A stretch of DNA of 63,441 bases, the filler included, from Octopus bimaculoides (lineage: Eukaryota), in assembly GCF_001194135.2 (NCBI RefSeq). It is 5 parts of 5 records of this genome, joined end to end, with 100 filler letters (N's around TTAATTAATTAA, not from the genome) between each part and the next. Parts side by side here need not be neighbours in the genome. Positions count along the whole stretch, not along the records: positions 43,013 to 56,833 come from NC_068986.1; positions 56,934 to 61,979 come from NC_069002.1; positions 62,080 to 63,441 come from NC_069004.1; 2 more parts are not named here. One strand, written 5' to 3'. A program made the position numbers and the translations under genes. How positions within the stretch are numbered: position 1 is the stretch's first letter; the number at the start of each line of letters is the position of its first letter. The notes under the pieces were generated by a model, which was not told the origin of the DNA, ran no database searches, and saw only the letters and a program-made list of their open reading frames with translations. Positions 52,907 through 63,441 of this stretch are shown here, piece by piece.

Positions 52907-53719
52907 NNNNNNNNNNNNNNNNNNNNNNNNNNNNNNNNNNNNNNNNNNNNNNNNNNNNNNNNNNNNNNNNNNNNNNNNNNNNNNNNNNNNNNNNNNNNNN
53001 NNNNNNNNNNNNNNNNNNNNNNNNNNNNNNNNNNNNNNNNNNNNNNNNNNNNNNNNNNNNNNNNNNNNNNNNNNNNNNNNNNNNNNNNNNNNNNNNNNNN
53101 NNNNNNNNNNNNNNNNNNNNNNNNNNNNNNNNNNNNNNNNNNNNNNNNNNNNNNNNNNNNNNNNNNNNNNNNNNNNNNNNNNNNNNNNNNNNNNNNNNNN
53201 NNNNNNNNNNNNNNNNNNNNNNNNNNNATATATATATATATATATATATAAAACAAATAATAAATGAGTATATGCATATATACGTACAAGTATGTGCATA
53301 CCTACATCTACCTGTATATATAGGTGCATATCTGGGTACAGGACGTTGCAAACAAAACGTAGACAAAAAAGATAATAATAACTAGAGTACAGAAAACACA
53401 CAGGCCACATAGAGAACATTTTCCTTCATCAGCTGCCACCATTCTAATACAGGCGTTTCGAAGAGTTATACCCATACACACATGTATGAATATATACATG
53501 CACAACCAATCACATATGTGTACACACACGTGCGCATGCTTACACATACACACACATACTTATATACACACGCACTTAGATACAAGTATCTAATAAGCAC
53601 AAGGGCAAAATGAAATAACTAAAATATGATGACCATCTTGTATGTTCTAACAAATAATAATTAGACGTGAATGCACACATATCTAGTTGCTTTTCTCTAA
53701 AAAAAAAACTAGCATTCCG

Positions 53720-54012
53720 TTAGTTACGACGACGACGAAGGCCCACCTGATCCGACCAACGGAACAGCCTGCTCGTGAAATTAACATGCAAGGGTACGTG
53801 TACCCTTAACGTAGTTCTCAGGGAGATTCACCGTGACACAGAGTATGACAAGGCTGGCCCTTTGAAATACAGGTACGACTCATCTTTTGGCAGCTAAGTG
53901 GACTGGAGGAACGTGAGATAAAGTGTCTTGCTCAAGGACACAACGCGTCGCCGGGAATTGAACTCACGACCTTAAGATCGTAAACCGAATGTGCGTGGCT
54001 TGGTGGTTAGGG
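53720..54012 (-). mobile_element. SINE family B, near full length
   Basis: CCGGGAATTGAACTCACGACC (B-box rc); body matches the 28440-28501 copy. Confidence 0.88.
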
Positions 54013-54435
54013 ATCTAAATATATGCTTGCATACATATATGTGAGTGTGGAATACATTCAAATATACATGCACATACGTACACACACACTGACACATACA
54101 AACGCGCGCGCACACACACATACACACAAGTGGCTTTTGAATGTGCATACTGAATGTGATAGGTTGGTAGTAAAATAAAGGTAGTTACTTTCGGTGACCT
54201 TAATTGTAAACAAAATAAACATATAATTACATTGCGTTTTACGCATACATTTCACTCCCATATATCCACACATATACAGATACATGCGTACATATATATG
54301 CACACGCATGTATGTGAAACCATGCGCACACAAATTCCTAAATGCATACATATAAGTATATAGACATATATATATACACACACACACATACAAATTTAGA
54401 GAGATAAATGCGCGCATATATATATATACATCATT

Positions 54436-54650
54436 GGTTTCCAGATTTGGCACAAGGCCGAAAATTTATGGGCAGAGAGTTAGTCGACTACATCGACTCT
54501 AGTGTTCAACTGGTACTTACTTTATCGAACCCGAAAGGATGAAAGGCAAAGACGACCACGGCGGAGTTTGAACTCAAAGTAAAGACTGACGAAATGCCGG
54601 TAAGCATTTCCCCCCGGAATGCTAACGGTTCTGCCAGCTCGCCGCCTTGA
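54436..54650 (-). mobile_element. SINE family D, full length
   Basis: Head rc GCTAACGGTTCTGCCAGCTCGCCGCCTT; core shares the ATAAGTACC..GGTCGAT motif with family A. Confidence 0.85.
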
Positions 54651-55119
54651 ATATGCATGCATTATACATATGAATTTGTATGTATGCACACATACAGGAA
54701 ATTAAAATAAATTAAATATACTTAATCAGAGAGGGAAGAACTGCGCCCTTAACCTTTTAATTTTTGAAAGGAAGAAGTTATTATCAAACCGGAGACTTGG
54801 CCCAAACTCTTGCATTAGAATGAAATACACTGAAGCATTCAAAAACTAAAGGGAGACATTAGAACGGGGAACAAATGAAGTGTACCATCCCAGAATTCAG
54901 AAGTCAAAGAGCCGGAACAAAAATCAACACTCTTACAAATCCGGCAATCCACTGCTTTGGATTTTTGTTGCATTTTCTGACAACGAAAGAATGAAAGGCA
55001 AAGCTGGCTTCGGTGATATTTGAATTCAGAGAGCAGATCCCAGAGAAAAATACCATACTGTACAGCATTTTATCTAACCCTCTACTGACTTGCTCAAGTT
55101 ACTGCATTACGATTTCAAC

Positions 55120-55445
55120 TCGGAACCACGTGGTTAGAAACTTCTTTACTATATAGCCATGCAAGCGACCTCTCTCTTTCTCTCTCTCTCTATCCACCCT
55201 TGTGAATGGATTTGGTAGACAGAAAATTGAAGCCTGTCGTCGTATATATGTCTACGTGTTTGTCCCCCCAAACCGCTTGACAATCCATGTTGGTGTGTTC
55301 ACGTCTCCGTAACTTAGCGGTTCGGCAAAAGATTCCGACAGAATATATACCATAAATATTTAAGTACAGGGGTCGGTTCATTCGAATAAAAATTCTTCAA
55401 AAGCGGTGGCCCCAGCATGTGCGCAGTCAAATGACTGAAACAAAT
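55120..55445 (+). mobile_element. SINE family A, partial
   Basis: GGATTTGGTAGACAGAAA...GTCAAATGACTGAAACAAATAAA. Confidence 0.82.
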
Positions 55446-57781
55446 AAATGATGTACACTGGAGCATGCACTGTGGAGTAAGAAGGAGACTTCCGGTTACT
55501 CTTAACAAGTTTGTTGTATGAGCAATTTCTTGTCCTCATCTGAATTCGCTGCATTCTGTTTAAGAACGACAGTTATCGATATTTCGTTTGTTTTCTTCGC
55601 TGAAATCTGGACGGGGGAGAGAAGGTAGTGATGTTGACAACAGTAACTAGATAGATAAATAAATACTATAAAACAAAGCATGTTTGATCTTGACTTCCAG
55701 CCTTGCGTATTATTATGTGCGTGTGTTTAGTACCTATATTTGTGTTTGTGTATGTGTTTTCTTGTGATACTAACAATAACTGCTGTATGTAGTAAATTAC
55801 AACACCTATTGTATCAATACAATATCATAAAAAAAATCACAATAACTCTGTTTATACAACAAAGTACACTACTTTCAAACAAACAAATACATACACACGT
55901 ATACATATACACAGATGTACGCATTACATATATACTCACATCTCTGCCGCCGCCACCACCACCACCCTTCTTTTAATGGACAATGTTACTGAAGAAAAGA
56001 AATCTCACACAAACAAAACAAAACAAAAACTGAAAAATAAAAGGAAAAGAAAATAATATTTACGAAAGCATGTAAGCATGTGAAAAACGGAATCTGTTAT
56101 CCCACCCGGAGAAGTAGCCAAAGGAAGAAAGGGAAAAGGGGAGTCGGGTGGATCGGGTAGAAAAAAAAAATAAAAGCACATCAATAATCAATGAAACAAA
56201 CAAACAAATTAGTGAGAAATCTTTCAAAGGAACAGTTTCCACCCATTCAGATCAAATCACTCCAAAAGTCGTGTGAAAAATACAATACAAATATACAAAT
56301 AAAAATGAAAATACAAACGTAAAATAATGAAAAAACCCATAAAACTAAAATAACGTAAATATAAAAAAATATATAAACAACAACAAAAGAGAAGAAGAAA
56401 CTAACAAACAACAAATATAAACAGTGTAGAGAAATACGACGAACAAGGAGCAGAAAAACCTGCGTTCAACTTGATAGAACACTACTAGAGAGTCAGTGAT
56501 GGGTGAAATTTCTTGGACTCTGATACTACAATCTGTTCAGGCATTGCAACTAAATGCGAGCAGTAAATATATACATACAGACGTATAGATGATATGTATG
56601 CGTATATGTGTATGCGTTTATGTGTATGCGTGTTTATGCGTATAAACGGAGAGAAAATAATACACGCTCACGCATATAAGAATACCCGCACATACATTTA
56701 AATGCATATACTCACGCGCTTGTGTAAAGTGAGAGTGTAGAATGCACATACGTGCCACGCGGTAATAGAACGCCTAGAAGAAGAAGAAGAAAAATAAATT
56801 AATATATATGTATATATATATAGATATATGTATNNNNNNNNNNNNNNNNNNNNNNNNNNNNNNNNNNNNNNNNNNNNTTAATTAATTAANNNNNNNNNNN
56901 NNNNNNNNNNNNNNNNNNNNNNNNNNNNNNNNNATTATAAAGAAATTTGTGTTGAAAATTGTTTCAGGGAGTTTCCTCATCATACAAAGATGTCCCCATC
57001 CCCACTCAATCCTTCGTATAATAGGGGACATCTTTGTATGAAAAAGTTTTTTTTCTTTACACCTCCTCCCTCATCATCCCACTCCGGACCTATTTTGGTC
57101 AATTATTTTTTGCACTAAAATAACCATGGGAAGAGCATATATATATATATGGTAGAATAATAAAAAAAAAAACTTCTTAGTACAGTATTATATATTTGAA
57201 AAAATGAGTACAGATGTCTTTTTTGGGGGATAATTTCTATTTTAATAATGATGTTTAGAGTGAGTGATTCTCCTATGAGTTTCAAGCTTCAAATAGCTGT
57301 TTTCAAACTGTTGAATGTTTTACTGGCTGCTTAAATAACAAAAGAGTTGTTCTTGCAAGTATACACACAAAAAATAGATATACACAAAAAAGGGAAAAGT
57401 ATATAAAAAGAATAGGAAAGCATGTGTGTGTAAGAAGAAGAATGAGAAAAAGGAAGGAGGCGAAAAAGGAAGAAAGGAGGCAAAGAAGAAGGGGAAAAAA
57501 ATTAGGAAATGAAATAGAGATAAAAATAAAAATAATTATAAAAATAAAGATAAAGATAAGACATAGTAATTGAGAACAGGGGGTGGGAAGGGGAGTTAAG
57601 TTCATCAAGAATAAAGAAATGGAATATTTTGAAGTGGTCAGTATTGTTGCAAATTGTCAAAAGATAACAGGTGGGGTGCCTACTGATTTGAGGTCACCTA
57701 TTCAGTTCTCATACATGCTATGGTGGACATATGTATACATATATATACACATACACACACACACTCACATATATGTGTGTG

Positions 57782-57820
<39 letters not shown>

Positions 57821-58729
57821 NNNNNNNNNNNNNNNNNNNNNNNNNNNNNNNNNNNNNNNNNNNNNNNNNNNNNNNNNNNNNNNNNNNNNNNNNNNNNNNN
57901 NNNNNNNNNNNNNNNNNNNNNNNNNNNNNNNNNNNNNNNNNNNNNNNNNNNNNNNNNNNNNNNNNNNNNNNNNNNNNNNNNNNNNNNNNNNNNNNNNNNN
58001 NNNNNNNNNNNNNNNNNNNNNNNNNNNNNNNNNNNNNNNNNNNNNNNNNNNNNNNNNNNNNNNNNNNNNNNNNNNNNNNNNNNNNNNNNNNNNNNNNNNN
58101 NNNNNNNNNNNNNNNNNNNNNNNNNNNNNNNNNNNNNNNNNNNNNNNNNNNNNNNNNNNNNNNNNNNNNNNNNNNNNNNNNNNNNNNNNNNNNNNNNNNN
58201 NNNNNNNNNNNNNNNNNNNNNNNNNNNNNNNNNNNNNNNNNNNNNNNNNNNNNNNNNNNNNNNNNNNNNNNNNNTATATAAAGAATGAGATAAAGAGACC
58301 AATGGCATAAATAAATTTATATTTTATGTAGAATGCCTTACAGCTGTTTCAGGGAAATTTCAATGTATCTCTTCATCGGAGACGGTAATAGTAGAAGATA
58401 AGGGTTATTACATCTGTATGAGGAGATTTTCAGTAAGAAATGAGAGCGATACGGAGAAGAAAAAACAAAGAAGAAAAAATACTTGGAGTATAGTTCCATT
58501 CCAAAAGTAAATATCCATGTATAGAATCCGTGTGGGTATTTTCCAGTGACAATTATAATTATATTGGTGGATATATATCATTTCGTATCCACATCTGGGG
58601 CAAAACTAGTCGGTATACAGCACTTACTCGGTATTACCTGTATCATTCGGGTCTGGTTGACTCCATTACCCCTCATAACCTTTATTATTTTCTATTATTA
58701 GCACTTATAACAGGTAACACTTCAATAAT

Positions 58730-59560
58730 GGATAAAGAATTCCTTGGCTTCTTCCTTAAAGACACTCCTATTCCTTCACAAAAAGCTTTCAATATACTCC
58801 TTCTTGCTAAAACTAAGGACCTCATCCGAAGAATGAGATGGAAGGCTTTCTTCCACGACAACCAAAAATATAAGAATAACTTAAGCAACAACAACTTCAA
58901 CCTCACATCATATAAGAATCCTCCACACAACTCACATCTCGAAAAATTCAAAGCGGATATGATCGATCTAATCAGAAATATTAAATTCTCAAAACACAAA
59001 TCTCCCTTTCAAAGAAGACTGTCGCATATCATAAAACAGATTACTACTTCCCCCAAATTACACATATTTTCTGATAAAACAGGAAATATGTATCCCATTA
59101 CAATAGAGGAATATAATAAATTCATTAGGAACGAGCTCAACAGATCCTACAAGCTAGCGTCAACATCTGCTTTAAATGACATCAACACCATCCACTGCAA
59201 ACTCATGAGGAAACTACACGTGGAGGACAGAACGGAACCATACTGCCCAGCACCTCCACACTTCAACCTCAAAGATCACAAGAAGGAATTTATCACCAAA
59301 CCTTCAACACGCCTAATATGCCCTACCAAATCCGACCTCGGAAGGGTTAGCAAAAACATTCTGGACAAAATTATACCTGTTGTCAAAGAAAAATTAAATG
59401 CAAATCTATGGTACCATACCGGGGAAGTCATTACATGGCTTCACACCTTGGATAACAAAAGCTCTTTTTCATTCCTTCAATTCGGACATAAATAACTACT
59501 ACTCCTCTATCTCTCCTAAACTTCTAAATAAGGCTCTTCTTTTTGTAAGTTCTCGAAAAT
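58730..59560 (+). mobile_element. PLE 5' part (N-terminal domain to RT motif A), 3' part missing
   Basis: LIRRMRWKAFF, IFSDKTGNMY, FNLKDHKKEF..KPSTRLICPTKSDLGRVSKNILD, then frameshifted F/DINNYYSSISPKLLNKAL. Confidence 0.82.
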
Positions 59561-60439
59561 GTTCTCCTTTTCCCACTTTATCAAGAGACAATAATGAAAA
59601 TACTTCTAAAATTTTATCCCTACCTCAATTATAAATTTACATTAGAACTTATAACTATTGTTGCAATTAGTTATATTACTAAATGTTGAAGTGATAATTT
59701 AATGTGTTTGATAATGTGTCTGTTAGAGAAGGAATAACATGTATTTATGCAACAATTTGGAATATGCAGCGATTTTCTGGGATCAGTATAGGTTAGCATG
59801 TAAAAAACAGCTTNNNNNNNNNNNNNNNNNNNNNNNNNNNNNNNNNNNNNNNNNNNNNNNNNNNNNNNNNNNNNNNNNNNNNNNNNNNNNNNNNNNNNNN
59901 NNNNNNNNNNNNNNNNNNNNNNNNNNNNNNNNNNNNNNNNNNNNNNNNNNNNNNNNNNNNNNNNNNNNNNNNNNNNNNNNNNNNNNNNNNNNNNNNNNNN
60001 NNNNNNNNNNNNNNNNNNNNNNNNNNNNNNNNNNNNNNNNNNNNNNNNNNNNNNNNNNNNNNNNNNNNNNNNNNNNNNNNNNNNNNNNNNNNNNNNNNNN
60101 NNNNNNNNNNNNNNNNNNNNNNNNNNNNNNNNNNNNNNNNNNNNNNNNNNNNNNNNNNNNNNNNNNNNNNNNNNNNNNNNNNNNNNNNNNNNNNNNNNNN
60201 NNNNNNNNNNNNNNNNNNNNNNNNNNNNNNNNNNNNNNNNNNNNNNNNNNNNNNNNNNNNNNNNNNNNNNNNNNNNNNNNNNNNNNNNNNNNNNNNNNNN
60301 NNNTATATATATATATATGCATATATTAGAGCTGCATTCTCGTTACACGAGTAAAGCAATTGCCAAGGAGACTTACTGAAATGATTCATTATTGTTGCCA
60401 TGTGATGCCCTTACATGACTTTTAAGCCCAGCCAAGCTT

Positions 60440-61078
60440 TTATACATTTAATTACTTACTGGACAACTGTGCTGGCTGGCAGGAGAAACAGGTTCCACCA
60501 TATGCACTCCCTTAACATGTCTTTTTAGACCTCCAGCTGAGAGGTACACCCTTCCACATTTTACACACGTTCTGTTATGAATTTTAATAGCCACATCACT
60601 GTTTATCATGGGTCGATTTCTGTGAGATTTTTGATGGCTCACCAGGCCTGCACAACTCAAACACCTCCTCCTACAAACCACACGCATAAAAAGCAACACT
60701 GTCCCACTTTCTACAGCTTCCCCACTTCTAAGCCCCCTCCTAATTCTCTCATACTTCACTCTCTCCCTCTCAAACTTTGAACAACCATCATGCTCTATCT
60801 TCTTCCATCCATCACGGTCTTGTGCCTCCCTCTCCCAATTACCAACTGGAATTCCTGTCTGTATCAGAGAATTTTTAAGGCAATCCTTAAACCTTAGCTT
60901 AGGCTTATGCGCTGGTCTTCTGCCATCTTCCAGCTTACCATACAATAGCTGCTTGGGCAGTCGCTCATCACTCATTCTTATCAAATGTCCCCCGCCCACC
61001 TCAAGCGTCTTTGCAAAATTATTGACTCTATACTTCTACTGCCACTCCTCTCAAGCACCTTCACATTACTGATGGCCA
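60440..61078 (-). mobile_element. RTE-type LINE 3' part with C-terminal C2H2 fingers
   Basis: SIESIILQRRLRWAG/HLIRMSDERLPKQLLYGKL...KPKLRFKDCLK...EAQDRDGW; CVKCGRVYLSAGGLKRHVKGVH. Confidence 0.88.
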
Positions 61079-61170
61079 TTTGTCTACGGTGCTTCGCTGT
61101 GGGACGGAGCCCTGGACCATGTAGTTGGGGAAAAGACCTCTTACCGCACACCAGCGCCTCCGCGTCCTCT
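61078..61170 (-). mobile_element. SINE family A head only
   Basis: GTGTGCGGTAAG...CCCAACTACATGGT...GTCCCACAGCGAAGCACC aligns with the family A head. Confidence 0.7.
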
Positions 61171-62111
61171 GCTNNNNNNNNNNNNNNNNNNNNNNNNNNN
61201 NNNNNNNNNNNNNNNNNNNNNNNNNNNNNNNNNNNNNNNNNNNNNNNNNNNNNNNNNNNNNNNNNNNNNNNNNACAATGTGAATTGATATTTTGATATTA
61301 AATGAGATTCGTTTATATTCACTAGTTATATTCATTAGTTTGTGTTACTCGAAGCGCACTAGGGCTATATTTGTGTTAAAGATCTTTCCCTTTGATGGGT
61401 AACTCGATTAATTAATTTTCATTAACTAAACACTTTGAAACTTCGGACACTGCTAGAATATGTCATATAAAACATCTTTTACTTTTAGCGTTGTTGAGAA
61501 AGTTATTCTATTTTCGAAGTTATTTCGTGTTAAAGTTGTCGTATTTCGGTAATTTCAACCAATCAATGCTGTTGTTTGTCAACAACAACTTCGGTGGTGT
61601 ATATTTCGTTTGTGTATAGCCAAAAGGATATACACAAATTTTCGAAGCTATGCAACTCGCAGATCTTAAAGATTTACTCATAGACAGACGTTAATCTCCA
61701 TCATTAATAGATGATCTGAAACAACGAGTCAAGAAAATCGTTTTTCTGATACAAATACAAATAAACTAAAGTAAATAGAATTGAAAATCATATGAAGGTC
61801 AAGATTTCCGTTTTATACATTATTTTCAAGACAGAGAATTGTTTTACGTATCTCATTTAGGATGTGCAGAGAAATAGACAGGACAAAACTTAATGACCGT
61901 AACAAAAGAATGCAGATTTGATTTCCCGGTTACAAACAAATAATTATTAGTCGAAATGTGCTGAGAATCATGAACCAAANNNNNNNNNNNNNNNNNNNNN
62001 NNNNNNNNNNNNNNNNNNNNNNNTTAATTAATTAANNNNNNNNNNNNNNNNNNNNNNNNNNNNNNNNNNNNNNNNNNNNAGTAAATTATTTTTTGGACTG
62101 GTTAGCAACGC

Positions 62112-62370
62112 AGTGAGCTGGCTAAGTCGTTAACGCGTTAGAAACACTGCTAAGCGCCCTTTTTTTCGGTGGCTTTACGTTCTGATTTCGATTTCCCGCA
62201 GGTATCAACTTTGCCATTCATCCTTTGGCGGGGACGTGAATTGTTTGCCTGGTGCCAAAATTTGAATCTATTGTTATGAAAGGCTGCGAGTTGGCACAAT
62301 CCTTAGAACACCTGACAAAATGCTTAGCGGCATTTCTTACGTCGCTGGTGGCAGCTACCCCCCTTCTTAT
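62112..62370 (+). mobile_element. Two decayed SINE family D heads
   Basis: GTGAGCTGGC..GTCGTTA...CTTTGCCATTCATCCTTT and AAGGCTGCGAGTTGGCACAATCCTTAG. Confidence 0.65.
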
Positions 62371-62529
62371 TGGTAGCGCTGTTCTTTTTTTCTTTAACCT
62401 TCATATTTGGTTTGAGGTGTATTTCTTATGTTGTAATTTGTCTTTCCTACTGCCTGGTCTTTGTTTTCCAGTTCTCTTGTGATCTCTTCTACCCCACAAC
62501 TCTGTCATCCACTTTCTTCTTATAGCATT

Positions 62530-63030
62530 AGCTTGATCTACTAATATTTACTCAGTCACTTTAAACATACCCTTCGCTACCAAAAGTATTAACATCCGTT
62601 TTCTATAGCCCCTTTTTTTAGGTTCACTTTCTAAGTAGCACTGCATCACTATCCTGTCGCTGGTCCAAATCCTCCTCCTTACTCTATCATCTGCTGATGC
62701 TGTATTAGGATAACAGCTGTGGTCAGTTTGCATCTTTACTGAACCACTGCCGAGCGAGAGGCCTTCCCTTAAAGGTCCAGCTACATTTTCGCTGTTACAA
62801 TCAAAGTTTCTTCGGAAACTCCTATCTCTCATAACCTGAGCTAAGGTAACGTTCGTCACAGACGTCATCACCACTGATAGTTTCAAGCAACTTTCTATTG
62901 CATCATTTGTTGCACATCTGTGCTGGTGGCGTGGTGTGTGCAGCATTTTTTTTTTTTGGTGGTGGTGGGAGTATTTTATTGTATCACTATGTTTTGTTAG
63001 GCGTTTGGCTTGAGTTTTCAATTATATTAG
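62530..63030 (-). mobile_element. R4/Dong-type LINE N-terminal fragment
   Basis: RIVMQCYLESEPKKRGYRKRML....KGMFKVTE. Confidence 0.7.
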
Positions 63031-63399
63031 TTTTGTAGTGTGTGTTGTTTGAGCAGCGCAGGTTGTGTTCTTCTGTCGGATATCGGCCTTCTATGGCACA
63101 TGTTGTGGGCTTGTTCATTTTGTTGGTCGTTTACAGTATGAGTTTATTCCTTTATGTCTTTGGAGGAGAGTTGCATAGCGGTGTGTATAAATCATAAATG
63201 ACCTACTTCATAATATCTAGGGTTCTGTCCACCGTTCTTTCTCTTTTGGTTGGTTTTGTCATGGGTTCATTTTTACAGTGTTTACTCTTTTTAACTGAAC
63301 ACCGCCCATGGACATGTGTTGACGTTTCTTTCGTAGTTATAATCATTAATAATTATTATTGATGTATCAGTGAGAGCCCGAGAAGAAACAGCAATGTGC

Positions 63400-63441
<42 letters not shown>

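Larger units (their letters stand above)
1..63441. other. Numerous assembly gaps (e.g. 5544-6003, 32198-32747, 33228-33819, 46796-47569, 52907-53227, 57821-58274, 59814-60303)
   Basis: N runs, mostly bounded by (TA)n, (CA)n or (GA)n. Confidence 0.98.

Noticed and set aside
58530-59495. 321-aa ORF as a host gene
   Set aside because: Its motifs are those of a PLE N-terminus/RT, and it frameshifts at RT motif A.
195-63441. Many ORFs rich in YI, CV, HT, LS or X
   Set aside because: Translations of microsatellites or N gaps.
1-63441. CRISPR array or prokaryotic system
   Set aside because: No regularly spaced repeat-spacer structure or operon-like coding density; repeats are eukaryotic SINEs and microsatellites.

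Overview
AT-rich animal genomic DNA from a gapped draft assembly, with about 19 N-runs, most flanked by (TA)n. The tRNA-headed SINE families, dense CA/TA/TACA microsatellites and TE content point to an octopus genome (inference from repeat style, not a database hit). No host protein-coding gene, RNA gene or CRISPR array is confidently supported, and most listed ORFs are microsatellite or gap artefacts. The window is a transposon graveyard: six Penelope-like (PLE) fragments, about seven R4/Dong-type LINE fragments, three CR1-type pieces, RTE and L1/Tx1 fragments, a decayed DD34D mariner, a deleted Tc1/mariner element, a MITE, pogo-like remnants, a deleted Helitron, non-autonomous Helitron ends and more than 20 SINE copies. 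The main signal the annotation does not explain is a set of minimal type I hammerhead-ribozyme motifs, the best at 58335-58383, 17702-17743 and 48855-48945, mostly next to PLE ORFs. This association is known for PLEs, and every copy here deviates from consensus. Also notable: a CR1 3' end matching the dominant SINE tail, a SINE-head/RTE fusion whose RTE carries multiple zinc fingers, a perfect 36-bp palindrome and a near-identical 124-bp duplication. TE boundaries are approximate unless termini are quoted.
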